Assembly (NCBI GenBank): GCA_010909165.1
Contig: MU008167.1
Span: forward strand, 744,001 to 808,000
Source: Anthoceros angustus
Taxonomy: Eukaryota > Plantae > Anthocerotophyta
DNA: 64,000 bases
Direction: 5' to 3'
In this document: one piece after another, positions 22,257 through 34,559 of the stretch
How positions within the stretch are numbered: the stretch's first letter is position 1
Layout: each line of letters begins with the position of its first letter
Notes under the pieces: generated by a model
What the model saw: only the letters and a program-made list of their open reading frames with translations
The model's database searches: none
What the model was told of the DNA's origin: nothing
Position numbers and translations under genes: made by a program

Positions 22257-23343
22257 ATGGCAGCGCAGGTAGAAGAAGAAGAAGGTCCAGTCGATATGGA
22301 CACAGACTCCGTGTCCGAAGGAAGTCTGGATCCTGCTGCGCCCTCCCCGCTTATAGGCGGGGTGCCCTTGGACAAGAAGGTTCTGAGCCGCAAGGAGATG
22401 CGCAAGCTGGTGGACTCTGATGTGTTGGAAATGAAGCCGTCGCATTCTCCGCTAGGTTATGTCTACTTCGGCTATCCGTCGTGTGAGGTTGTGGTGCAAC
22501 CCGACCGCCATGGACGAGGAGATGCTGTGGTGTGCCGAGGGCCCGATCCCTCACTCTGCGATCACATCTTCATATGTAAGGGCAAGAGGTACATCAGGTC
22601 GCGCTTGTCGTACTACGGAGTAGCTCACATTTCTGACAATCAAGCTTTATCAGTCTTCGGGTCTTACCCCGAGTAGGTGGAGCCTGCTTCTGCAAAGACA
22701 CATCTACTATGTGTTTTTTCTTTTTCCAAGGCTTGTCTATGAACTGGCCGCTGTTGCTACCTCTTGTCGTTCTTGAACAAGCGAATGCAGGTTGTCTACG
22801 TACTTCATGGCAGGAGAGTGGCGGGGCATCTCTCCCTTGTTCAACACCGTCGTGTCCCTCCTGACGCAGCACTATTCGACTCTAGTCAGTGACAAGCCTG
22901 ACGCAACGGTTTGGTGGATGGCGGGTAGGTTGGCGATGCATGCCTGCTGTGTAAGTAAAGCAACGGTAAAGCAACGGTGCCGCTGGTAGAGGAAATTACT
23001 GTAGGTTGTCATGAATCGTACCGGATACCTCCCGGATACCGTGTGGTTCTTGCCGAGTCGTCGCATGCCAGGTGCAGCGCACATCCCCAACATCTCCAGC
23101 ACAAAGCAACGCTGGATACCGGTATACGGCGGGAAGACCAATGTTCTTCGAGAGCAGAGGAAAACGAGGACACGCTACTGCTTGAAAAAGGGATCACGTG
23201 ACAATGTGTTCAATCTCAACAGGAAGGTACGTGTTAAACAACCGGGAAAATACGCTGACATCAGTGGCTCTCTTGCTCTATTGGTTGCAGCTCCATACAA
23301 CTACAAAACTTCACAAACTCCTGCAGCCGTGGCACCTCGTTAG
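22257..23343 (+). CDS. Hypothetical protein, at least 3 exons (22257-22672, 22791-22950, 23005-...)
   Basis: ATG start; GT-AG introns 22673-22790 and 22951-23004 keep one open frame (…GSYPE|LSTYFMAGEW…HACC|VVMNRTGY…); a fourth exon is possible after GTACGT at about 23227. Confidence 0.6.
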
Positions 23344-23377
23344 CGTCTTCGACGCATATATGCTACAACGTAGCTGG

Positions 23378-26300
23378 TTACGTGGTCTTGAACTTCTGTG
23401 CGATCTTCTCTGCTTCCTGTTTCAGTCCGTCTGCCAGTTTCCTCGTGCCCTGAGACACACTAGTCGAAACCCCCGTCACTGCAGATGTGGCGCCCTGCTG
23501 CAGCTCCTGTGCCTTTACCGACGCCAATGACAGTGCGCTCTGCCTCCCCTTCTCAGTAGCGTCCGCCAGCTGAGAGAGCCTGCCAGAAACATCTGCTCTG
23601 AGCTTCGCAAGGGTATCTCGCAAGGCCTGCACCACTCGCCGAATCAAATCCAACACCTTTGTTCGACTATCGTTCACAAAATCCACCACTCCGTCCCTGA
23701 CCTGTTGAACAACATTCCGGTCAGCTGCAACAACGGTGGCAGGAGCAGTCTGCTCGGATTCAACACCAATGCTCCTTTCGGAATATGTCCACGTTTGCTC
23801 TGGGATGTTTTCTTCAGAGAGTTCCTCATCCACAGTCACTTCAATTCCTTGACTTTCCCACCGTTTCCTTGCCTCTTGTAGCACCTGTGAATGGGTCCTA
23901 GCATTCCTGGCCTCTTGTTCTGCCCACTGTCTGGCCAGTATGAGGGCCTGCTTCTCTACCTCAAGCTCGTTCTTCAGGTTTTCCACTGCCTCTCTTTCCT
24001 GTTCCACTTCAACCCAAGACTTCCCGGCCCTATCCTTCTCAAATGACAATTCCACTCTGAGAGCTGCAAGGGCTTGCAGCTCCTGCTCAAGTTCCCGCCG
24101 ATAATCTGCTATCACCCCTTTCTCCGCATTTACAAGAGCCTGCTCCCGTAACACCGAGTACTTCTCTTGCTCCCTGTCAAGTTTCAGATTTTCCAGCTGC
24201 GATTGAAGAGTCTCAGCCAGTGACTGAGCCTGCGCCTTACCCTCCCTCTCCAACTCCACCATTTCCTTCAGTGCTGCATCAACCTCCTGGAAAACTCGGG
24301 CTTCCATTTCCACTTCCGCTCGAACTGCTTGCTCCGCTATCTTCTCAGCCTGCAGCCTTGCTGATTCATCAGCCACCAGCGCTGAAGCCTCACCCAGTAC
24401 AAGAGCAACTGCTGCTTGACCTTTCGTGGTAGGCTTACTGGGGTGAAACCTTCTCGTGTACCCAAACGCTGTGGCTATGATGCTGTCCTCTCCCGCTGAC
24501 AGATCAGCAAAAAGAGCAGGCCAGGCATCCTCATGTATACGGTCGATGTCAATGAAGCCAGATTTCGCTTGCAGTGTTTGCCTATCAACTTTCGCAAGTC
24601 CTCCATCCAGAGACAGCTTCCACGACAACAGATCCTGTCGAGAGAGAGGATCATCAGGTGCAAAATATACACCAGCATCGTCTTCACCTTCCAAATCCTG
24701 CTGACTCAACCTGCTAGCAATGAGTCCCGCTTCTGCCAGACCCTGAATGGATGGGAAATCCGGGTCCTGGGGAGTCACATCATCGAATGCAAGTTCCGTC
24801 ACATTCTGAATATACATAGCTGGAAATACTTTCCGAGACGAGCTCTTGGCCAAAATATTGCTGGCATTGATAAGCCAGCGTGCATACTCTCGCCGCGTAC
24901 AGATATTACCGCCTTCAACGCCTGTTTCTATCACCTTGAGAGCCTGTAGAACTGCCAATGCCTGCTCTTGCACTTGATCAACCACGGCGGGGATGACTAC
25001 TTTCCCGGGGCTCACTCGCGCCGCTGTAGAAGGAGTGGATGGAGCCGGTATGCCAAAAGATCCGAACCTCACAGAGTCAGAGAGGAGTGATGATGTATTC
25101 AAAGGGTCAGGTTCAGCAGGTTCAGCAGGTTCAGCAGCAGTAACCTCCCCAGGCACAGAGATATATTCATCAGGCTCAACAGGGACTTCCACAGACACAG
25201 TGGGCTCATTGGCAAGGGCCGGTGCTACCGGCTCGACCTGGGATGACACCAGTACAGCTTCAGACAAGAGGAGAGCCGCCGAGTTGACTGCCTCTACAGA
25301 GACGGGAATCGAGGAGGTTGCCAAGTCCTGACTAGTCTCATCAAGGGCACTTGATGAGGACTCCACGACACCAGCACTACTTGAAGAGGACAATGGCACG
25401 GAAGCCACCCCCGTGGTGGTGGCCTCGTCAGGGATACCTGACTGGCCCAAACCGTTGGTGGTGGAAGGAGGAGGCAAAGGATCAACATCGCCACTAGACA
25501 CTGGGGACGATTCTTTCGAGAAATCGTCCAGCCCTGGCTCAGACGGAAGCCCAACACTGGCAGTGGAGGAGACGGCATCCGACTCTAAAGGCAATTTCTG
25601 GACACCTTCTCCGGATTCCAAGACTGCTGATCCCGTAGCTGGTACTGCAGTGATGACAACTTCTTCAGTGAGGATGCTGAACTCCTCGGAAAGGCCCTCT
25701 GAAGCAGGTTGCTCCGACTGAGACGAGGAGGGCACTGCCTCTTCCCCCTGGTTGGAATCAGGCGGTTGGACCTCTTCAGCAGACAAGAGAAGTGTGTCAG
25801 CCCCATGTCCCTCCACCATGTCAGAAGGATCGAAACCTTCATCGGGAGCTACATACTCGGGGTTCGAATCTTGGCCAGGACCTAACTCAGTGTCATAGAG
25901 CAGCGGAGCAGCAGATACAACAGCACCCTCACCATCCCACTCTGCAACCTCCTCATGCGGATAAGAGACCTGACCTGGCACAGCCTTCTGTTGGAACTTT
26001 TCTCGGTCCTCCGCATCACCCACTGCAACTGCATGCTCATCCGGGCCCTGCCCCGCCGCCGGCTCAGCCACAGCCTCGGCCTGCGTCCGATCCTTCCCGG
26101 CCCCGGAAAACCCTAGCGAATCGTGCTCCACTGCTCCCGCATCCACGGCCAGCAGCACGGCCTGCGCGGCAGCTGCAGGCGGCGCAGCCTCCCGGGCACC
26201 TCCTCCTCCTCGCCTGGCATACGCTGTGTGAGACACCAGAGAAAACCCCAAGGCCAGCGCCAGCCCCGCCCCGATCTGCAGCACGCCTGTCCAGTAATCC

Positions 26301-26557
26301 GTCTCGGACTTGGCATCCAGAGCATCCCAGCCGGCGTAGGGCTCGGATGAGGAGCCCTTCCTGGCGCCATCGCTGGCCGACACCTCCGCACTCTGCTGCG
26401 CATGAGCCCCGCACTGGACGCACACTCGCCGCACCCGTCCCCTGACCGTCAGAGGCCCCAGCCCCAGCACCAGTCCCTGGGGTTGCTGGCCCTGGCCATA
26501 GCCACGGCCAGTCCTCAGCGGCAGCGACAGGCACGGCAATCGGACAGCGCACGCCAT
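23378..26557 (-). CDS. Plastid-targeted SLH (S-layer homology) domain / coiled-coil protein (At5g23890-like)
   Basis: Transit-peptide-like N-terminus, TM helix, long acidic linker, VIPAVVDQVQEQALAVLQALKVIE...CTRREYARWL...AFDDVTPQDPDFPSIQGLAEAGLI...FAPDDPLSRQDL, and a C-terminal coiled coil; single 1059-aa ORF. Confidence 0.9.
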   Translation of the reverse strand: MACAVRLPCLSLPLRTGRGYGQGQQPQGLVLGLGPLTVRGRVRRVCVQCGAHAQQSAEVSASDGARKGSSSEPYAGWDALDAKSETDYWTGVLQIGAGLALALGFSLVSHTAYARRGGGGAREAAPPAAAAQAVLLAVDAGAVEHDSLGFSGAGKDRTQAEAVAEPAAGQGPDEHAVAVGDAEDREKFQQKAVPGQVSYPHEEVAEWDGEGAVVSAAPLLYDTELGPGQDSNPEYVAPDEGFDPSDMVEGHGADTLLLSAEEVQPPDSNQGEEAVPSSSQSEQPASEGLSEEFSILTEEVVITAVPATGSAVLESGEGVQKLPLESDAVSSTASVGLPSEPGLDDFSKESSPVSSGDVDPLPPPSTTNGLGQSGIPDEATTTGVASVPLSSSSSAGVVESSSSALDETSQDLATSSIPVSVEAVNSAALLLSEAVLVSSQVEPVAPALANEPTVSVEVPVEPDEYISVPGEVTAAEPAEPAEPDPLNTSSLLSDSVRFGSFGIPAPSTPSTAARVSPGKVVIPAVVDQVQEQALAVLQALKVIETGVEGGNICTRREYARWLINASNILAKSSSRKVFPAMYIQNVTELAFDDVTPQDPDFPSIQGLAEAGLIASRLSQQDLEGEDDAGVYFAPDDPLSRQDLLSWKLSLDGGLAKVDRQTLQAKSGFIDIDRIHEDAWPALFADLSAGEDSIIATAFGYTRRFHPSKPTTKGQAAVALVLGEASALVADESARLQAEKIAEQAVRAEVEMEARVFQEVDAALKEMVELEREGKAQAQSLAETLQSQLENLKLDREQEKYSVLREQALVNAEKGVIADYRRELEQELQALAALRVELSFEKDRAGKSWVEVEQEREAVENLKNELEVEKQALILARQWAEQEARNARTHSQVLQEARKRWESQGIEVTVDEELSEENIPEQTWTYSERSIGVESEQTAPATVVAADRNVVQQVRDGVVDFVNDSRTKVLDLIRRVVQALRDTLAKLRADVSGRLSQLADATEKGRQSALSLASVKAQELQQGATSAVTGVSTSVSQGTRKLADGLKQEAEKIAQKFKTT

Positions 26558-29297
26558 GGACTCTCACTCTCCCGCCTACCGCTGCGGCTGCGGCTGCGAC
26601 TCAGGCTGCTGCTGCTGCTGCTACTAATGCCGCCTTCTTGCCGCTCACACACGATCCCTACCCGGCCGCGCGCGCCATGCATCCGCCCGCGCCCGCGCCT
26701 GCGCCCCACACAGCCAGCATCGATCAATCTTGAATCTCCACCCTCCGCTGCCACCGCCAACGCACGGCTGATGTCCGGACCGGACAAATGGCGATCTCGA
26801 CAGATGGCCGACCACCAGCCTTTCATACTTCACGCAAGGTATTGTACCCACACTGTTTCTTATGCTTTCCGCCCAGCCAACTATTCCGGACCTTACCTTT
26901 CACATATCCGGATCATGTACTGCCCACCTATCGCGCACTCTCACCACGACTTATTTATCTGCCTTGTAATACCTCCATATTCCATTTTTCAGGTTATAGG
27001 GACCTATCCAAACAAAATGGGAAGAACACATCGTCATACAAACCGAGGCTCGGAAATGCTCGAGGCAATCCAATCGATCACCCCAAGAATTAGGTCTGTA
27101 CACCCCAACTCCGCAGGCCCTACCCGTCGCCACTACCCAAAAAGAACTGGACGCCCTACCCCCCGTCGACAGTACCCGAAGAAAGAACTACCTACTTAGA
27201 CCCCTACTTGCGGGGCACCCCCCTCCTCCCCCTTCGTGGGTTGTCCCCTTTTGCCTATGGGTAGATGAGATTTTCCATCTTGTTCTTTTTATAAAGTCTC
27301 CACATTCCTTAGACCCCTACTTCGCATGACCAACTATCATATCAATGTAGATTGGAAGATCAATTTCATTCCACTGGCAACCAAAGCTCGGGCCAATAGA
27401 TGCCACAAATTTTAGTGCTTTTATGTCTTTCCTAACATTGAAGTCCCTCAATGCCCCCTCAAACGAACACCTTGACGAACACTCCAACGGGAGCCAAAAT
27501 GATCCACCAGAGAACTCTTTCTCTGAATGCAAACTTTGGAGCCATACCCTGCAAAGTCCCTCTCAAAGCTATCTGGAACACATGAATAACTTGAGCAAGC
27601 TTGATGATTAGCACATCCAACTCATTCTAGGAATGTGATCCCACCTGGACATAGGCAGGGGCATGAGACATACTTCAATTTGAGGATGATGAAAAGGCGG
27701 AGAAGTAGGCGGCTTCTAGGACAAAGGGTGAAGGACATGTCGGGACCGCCGGTTTCTCGGAGAAAGGGCATCGAGGCAGAGAAGAAGGCACCGGGACAGG
27801 GTGTTGAAAAGGAGCAGGAGGTGGTCTTCCCACCCGGCAATGTGGAGAAGGAAAAGCGTGTCCCAGTTGATGATGTCGTCCTCGAGTACAGGGTGCAAGT
27901 ATGCTTTGGTGCTACACTTTGGTGCCAAAGGGTCTTGGAAACTTGGTTCTTATGAGAGACTAACAAAGTGATAATTTTTAAATTTAAATTATTTTTTACT
28001 TCATAAAATTTATTCAAGTAGTTATATTTATTTATTTACTATATATATATAATTGCTTGTAAGTTAAAAAGGGTAAAAATATGTATATTTTATTATGATT
28101 CACTTTTGTTCATATGTCGTACAAGATTCTCTTTATTTGCAAGTGCTGAAAACAAAAGAGAAGGGCTAAAAAACAACCTTGGAGCACAAAGACCACCCGG
28201 TATGTGTTCCTTTTTTTCTTAGAGAAATAAAGAAATTTATAAAGTATAAATTTTCAACATGAGGGAAGCTCTGACAAAAGACCAAGACAAGGGAGGCAAG
28301 GAAAACAAGCATAAATGACCCCATGTGAAAACGAAGCATAAGTGACTACACACATGGCGTTACTTTAACACCTTCGGACAATAAACAATGCTAGAAAGAG
28401 GAGCAGAAATGGGGTCCTTCTCCTACTCCGCGAGCCCAACACACTATTGCAAAAGATTTCCAAGAGTGGGAGTACACATAGACAAGATGAAATAAGAACT
28501 CCACAATTAAGCAATTTGCGAGTGGATGAGGACTAGGATGGGGTGTCATCGCGCCCCTTGACAAACTTATGTGTGTTCTTTGCTATCGTCCCATAATGTG
28601 GGTAGGTGGCTTCCCTCTTGACAGGTATTTTACATGAGATCACCCGTTGAAATACAATCCATGAAGACATGGTTTTAAAAAAGGAGAAAGTGTGTTGTGA
28701 GCCAAGCCTCATAAAAGTGGTGGCCGACCTTTTCAGAACGGGCTGGGACTTCACAATGTCTTTCAGCGCGGCCCCCAAAGCATGCTCAATTGACGCAATC
28801 CACTTATCATCAGCTTGGCCCTTCTTGACGCTCAAACATCACATAGTTGGTCACTAAGCCACCCCCAAGTAAGAAAGAGTGGAAGGGTCGGTGTATAGAT
28901 GCTCTTGAGCGTTCAGCCTTTAGACGCTTCTGGGCTCATTGCAGCTTCGTCCTTTGGTCCAGAATATCACGCGAGTCCTGCATTCTAGAGAGCCAGGAAA
29001 CCACCGTGTCTGTACCAAGAAATGGATAAAGAGGAGAAAGCTTCCACAATTCCCAAGAAACATCCAAATAAGTCTAAAGCTCTTGCTATACGATAGGGGG
29101 AGTGGGAGGGCGAGGAGGGACCCACTCCTCCTTGTCATCAGAGGACCCATTCCCTAAGCATCTCGCTCCCTAGGAAAAAGCTGATCCTCATTGACCTTAA
29201 TCTCCTCATTGATTTTATCATGAATTCCCCTCACTATACTCCGATGACGATGAAGGAGGGAAAGTTCATGGGACTATAATAATTGGGGATTTCAACG

Positions 29298-29633
29298 TGT
29301 TATAAATGTAGAGAATAAGTAAATAAAGAAATACTCAAAAGGGCGAATAAGTAAATAAAGGAATACTAGAATGGTAATTAGGATTATATAAATACAGAAA
29401 ATAGGTATATAGGGTTATCTCTTCGAAGATAAGATGACGATGCGTGGCCTCATCCTAGCCCCGTCATGAGTCTAGTTCCTGACTAGTTTGTGCCCTAACA
29501 TTGACCAATTAGGATACTCCAACTTAACATAATTGTAGTTTCCGGAATATAAATAGAGCTTGTTTCTAAAGAACAGGATGGTCTATTTTGTTTCGTTAAA
29601 TAATTCTCCTCCATTTCAATTGGTTTCAAAGCC
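29298..29633 (+). mobile_element. LTR (29298-29618) plus degenerate PBS of an old LTR retrotransposon; decayed internal sequence to about 31300
   Basis: TGTTATA...CATTTCA then AT-TGGTTTCAAAGCC (PBS-Met-like); gag-like VNRYIRGLQRGLVEEVE near 31160. Confidence 0.5.
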
Positions 29634-32600
29634 TCCCTGGCTGCGTCGGCCGGGAGGTAATTCTGATCCAGCGAAACAAACTCTTTGATTTTGTATTCTG
29701 AGTTCGGTATGACAAGTTGATACTATGTGTTTGGGTTAGAAGTACGCTTGTCTTGTGTGCATGGTCTAGAAATGAGCTATAGTAGCGAGACTTCAAGTAA
29801 GAATGACAAGATTAACATGAATGCATGCAGGCTAGACTCGAGAACTGGTTTGTCGGCCTACTACACACAGTCGTGTGTTGGGTGCTTAGAATCATACGTG
29901 AAAACATTGACTGTTAGGATTGGTGAAGTGTGTGGCAGCTATATGGTGATCGAAACCGTCAATTGGCATGGCTTCACCATTCGGATCACATTAGAACGGT
30001 GACAACAACTCTGGTTCTTCAGACTGACATCGGAACGCCAACAATACTCTTACCGATGCGTGGCCACGTTAATGGATTTTTCACAGCACTATCGAGATAC
30101 AGTTTTCTTGTGAACAACAATGCGAGACTCGCTTTAGGAGCGAATGACGCAAGACGAGAATGGGCCGTAGACGGAAGATCAACATCGCGTTTACAGTTTC
30201 CTTTGTCGAGAGCTGAAATTTACTCTATCTAAACCTCCACGCTGATGAGAGATTGAGCTAGGTTCTCTACTTAGAGCTTAAAAGAAGTGAGAGGTGGCAA
30301 GGCCCCTTGTTGGACAGCTAGTCGTCCGCGTCTCCAATACAACACTTCTATCCCTTCAAGAAAAGATATGACTGCATCCAACTGTAATTTAGAGGTCATA
30401 TTCGATAAAGATAAATACTATTCTATCTTATCCGGCCAATCCTCGAGGATCGAGGGGTCGCTAATAATCCACTATGTATACAGAGGAGGTTTCGACGATC
30501 CTGCCCCCCATGTTCCTTGTTGCTTTTGTCTTTAAGACTTTTTTCGTAAACTAGATTAAATGGTTGTTGCTCTGAAAAACTGCCTCTATTACAGACAACT
30601 CCATGTTGAAATAGGGGGAGTCCATTTCCAAGGTCTAGAGAGCGCCCAATCGTCACTAAGTGGTTTATGGGACGACGCGCAAGCGAGGTCGTCGAGCATG
30701 GTCCAAGCGTAGCGCTTCAATTGCGCCTACACCGCAACTTTGTCTCTGCAAATTTCCCACTTAGTACATTTATAATCTAAGGATCAAATAAAGCGTGTTT
30801 GATGGGAATTTTCAGTAGCCTCCTTAAGGTCATAAAGTCGGGTCTTGAAAGCAAAGCGAAAAGCTTATGCCACTTCAGTCAATGTCGGGCAACCATCTCG
30901 TCATCCCGGATAAATGGTTTTCCCGTTTACTGAGGCCTTCCTCCCAGTCCATCTTGTAGTCCAAGGTGGCGAGGGAAAAATCGATCTTCCAGGTCTTCTA
31001 GCTGATCCGCAATTTAGCTCAAGGCCCAATTTATCCCTAAAGAATCCGTGTGGAATGCCCGAGACCGACTTGTTCGACCGGTAAGCAGGCAAGTAGAAGC
31101 TTACACCAAAGAGTCCATGACACTTGTTTTGGCCATTCATGGAATGACAGAGCATGAGTAAGTCAACCGGTACATCCGAGGTTTACAGCGTGGGTTGGTG
31201 GAAGAAGTTGAAGTCTGTGCCGAAAAAATTCATAGAAAGATATCATTCGAATTGTAGAACAGATTGAAGCTTATCACGCCCGTCCATCATACCCCACTAC
31301 TAGAACCTATCAGCGACGACTTGTGGATCGAACTGAGTGGTATGCTTTGTTAGGAATATGGGGTTAGTTTAACCTATCAGTTATTATTTATCTAATAATT
31401 AGGTTAATAATTGAATAGACACTACAACCCCCGACACACATATATAAGATAATTTTATATATTTTTAAATAATTACATCTTGCCTTGCTGCAATCTACCT
31501 TTGCTTCCCGCTTATAAAAGTATTATGGTGTCATAGCACCTAGGTCTAGATGCTGTGGTAGATTTCTGTAACATTACCTACATGGTAGACCTGCAACATT
31601 CTAAGACCTCATGGCCGCTGGCGCTGGATTTCTCTACCTGCTGATAATTTAAATGTGACTGGCTAGCATTTACTGCAATGACGCGGAGGACAAGGAGACG
31701 CATTGTTAAGAACTATTGGTCCACCCTACTGCTCATGTTACGTATAAGGGTGCTTCTTCCTCCCAACCTACTCACATCGAGAGTAGTTCTACTATCCTCA
31801 TTGTTTGTCTTACGTCATTCATGGAGGTCTCGCCTCTTTAGTTTATAGACTCTGGGGCCACAGCCCATGTCTGTAATAATTGACACCTGTTCACAACCTT
31901 CTCCAATCAAAAGGAGAAGCAGCTGGTCTTTGTAGGCGATTCTCGTGGAGTTCACATTAAGGGAGGTGAAATGGTGAACATACCTCTTGTTGATGGCTCA
32001 CAGTTCAAGTTGCTGGATGTCCTCTATGTTCCTGGAATGTCCAAGAACTTGCTCTCTATTAGAGCCCTAACACAATCAAATTTGTTTGGATTCAAAGTTG
32101 AGTCAACCAGTTGCTGCTTGTTTAGGATTTCCAACCCTCATTTGTGCATAGCAAGAGGAGTACTGGTCAAAGAGTTGTATTAGTTACAAGTGTTGTCCCA
32201 CACTCAGTAAGCTGTTGTCGCTGCCTCGGGAACCTCAGTTGTTGAGCTTTGGCATACACCCCTTCGCCACGTCAACAAAGCAAAGCTAAGTACGATGTCT
32301 TCTATGAACTGCTGTAAGCAAAAACTTCCAGCTCAATTCAAGGACCTTCCTGCTTGCAAATAATGTATTTTGTCCAAGCAAAAGGAGTTACCTTTCAAGA
32401 ACAAGGATGCTACGAGGGCCACTGAGGTACTTGAGTTTATACACGCTGATATTGCTGGTAAGCTGCAAGTCTCTTCCTTGGGTGGAGCCTCGTATTATCT
32501 TACTCTTACAGATGACTAATAAAATACATTATTTAATTCATAGGGCTAGAAGCGGTTATTTATTTAGTTAGTTCTTATATTAGTTATATTGGTTACAACC

Positions 32601-33476
32601 ACCTATAACTACCTCTACTTTATAAACACTTCTTTTGTTCATTTGATAGATACAATGCTACAAACTTCCTTGAGCAAGTGTGTGATTTTCATCATGGTAT
32701 CAGAGCACCTTACTCTTGATCTTGAGCATACTACTTGCTGCCTATGAATTTATCAAATCCCTAATGTGTTTCCTATTCTATATTATCTAATCTTCACAGA
32801 TGCATTATGGAGAGTGGGATTTCGGCAACAATTGCAACATGCTCAAATTAGCAATTATGTGATGCACAATTTCTGCATCCAATCCTTGTTCATTTACCAT
32901 GGATTCCATCAATCCTAGTAAACAAGGATATTGGAGGAAATTTCGAACTGCAAGACAGAAGAAACAACATAAGGATCACAATCATAGACTCCAAAAGAAA
33001 TTGCATTCAAGTGCTGAAGAAATTCAAAAGGTTTCTAAAATAGTATGCAATTTAATTGGATCTATTTTGATTAAAACAAATCTACAAGGGAAATTAATCA
33101 AACTTGCTAGGATAAATTTGCTTACCTCATTTACAAGTCAATGCTATAGAATTAGCACTCCAGCATATTTCAAACATTAGTGCTGGCCCTATATCTCTTG
33201 ATTGTAACACATTGCAGTATAGTATTAATTCCATCAATTTTGATATAAAACAAATTTCACAATTTGTTGAAGACAAAATTTCTCGATTAACTAATGAATA
33301 CTGTCATCTTAATAATACAATTGATGAATTAAACCGTAGAATTTCTCTCCTACCTGCTAATATTTTTCCTCTTCGTCTTATATTGAGTCTTTAGTTTCTG
33401 ACTCTGACGAAGATGCAAAGAATCCAATGTACATGAATTTCTCTAAACCAGCACGCTCACATTATAGTCGTGCCCT

Positions 33477-34508
33477 ATGGATTCACCTGCTATAGCTGAT
33501 CACGGTGAAGAGGAAGAGCAACTCGATGAGGAGATCAACAAAAACAAAGATCCATTAGAATCAAAATCAACAGTGGTCAATAATTATGGAGACAACTTCA
33601 AGGAGAAAGATAGATTCAACGGCAAGGACTATGACGTCTGGCGCCTGCGAATGAGAGGAGTTTTGTGCAATCGTGTTCTATGGGACATCGTTAGTGGAGA
33701 CTTAGAGCGCCCGACTTGGGGCACTGAATTGACCTGGGACGCCAAAGACGAGAAGGCCGAAGATATGCTGATTAGTGGCCTATCACTACACATGGTGAGG
33801 CAAATTAGCGAAGCAGGATCCTCCAAGGAGATGTGGGACCATTTCGCACAGTTATATTCCTCCAAGGATGTTATGAGTTTGATGACAGCTACTCGTAATT
33901 TTCACAATCTCAAGATGAAGGAATCTGACACCATTGAACACCATATTTCTGACACCATCGAACACCATATTAGTGCTTCTCGTATGGCAAGATCCCAACT
34001 TGAAGCTGCATCCAACACCAAATTCTCCGAGTTAAATTGTCTTGTTGCTCTGTTATCCTCCTTACGACCCTCCTACAGATCATTTGTAACAACTCAAAAT
34101 GCCGTTTTGAGGATTACTCAGAAGAATATGGGCAAGTATGACTCAGAAGATCGCTTGGATATAAGTATCACTAAGTTGATTGGAGCATTGATACAGGAGG
34201 AGTCAAGTCGGCGTCATGACTCCCGATCAAGTAAGCAACAGGTGATGTATATAGGAAGAGGTAGAGGAAGAGGCCGAGGCCGTGGCCATGGTCGAGGATC
34301 CTCTTCTAGACCATGTAATCCTGTACAGCACATTCTCATAGGAGAGTCACCATCTTCTTCCAAACCTGCAAGAGGTATCAAGAAAGATGGAGTTATTTGT
34401 AATTGGTGTAGAATTCCCAACCACATAGAGAAGGACTGCAGGAAAAAGGAGAACGGCGAGCTTAGGAAAGAGGCCCCACCTGGAGCACATATTGCTGTAA
34501 AGAGATAA
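33477..34508 (+). CDS. Copia Gag (UBN2-type plus CCHC knuckle) of element B
   Basis: FNGKDYDVWRLRMRGVL...LWDIVSG; LHNLKMKE; CNWCRIPNHIEKDC. Confidence 0.9.
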   Translation: MDSPAIADHGEEEEQLDEEINKNKDPLESKSTVVNNYGDNFKEKDRFNGKDYDVWRLRMRGVLCNRVLWDIVSGDLERPTWGTELTWDAKDEKAEDMLISGLSLHMVRQISEAGSSKEMWDHFAQLYSSKDVMSLMTATRNFHNLKMKESDTIEHHISDTIEHHISASRMARSQLEAASNTKFSELNCLVALLSSLRPSYRSFVTTQNAVLRITQKNMGKYDSEDRLDISITKLIGALIQEESSRRHDSRSSKQQVMYIGRGRGRGRGRGHGRGSSSRPCNPVQHILIGESPSSSKPARGIKKDGVICNWCRIPNHIEKDCRKKENGELRKEAPPGAHIAVKR

Positions 34509-34559
34509 TCTACAACAACTCCCTCAGCCCTCACCGTCTGACTGGCGTCATCAAAATCA

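Noticed and set aside
26402-27199. 265-aa plus-strand ORF
   Set aside because: Antisense to the SLH start and its GC-rich promoter; low complexity.
27100-29200. Transposase or integrase genes in this block
   Set aside because: The sequence looks like decayed TE DNA, but I could not identify diagnostic motifs.
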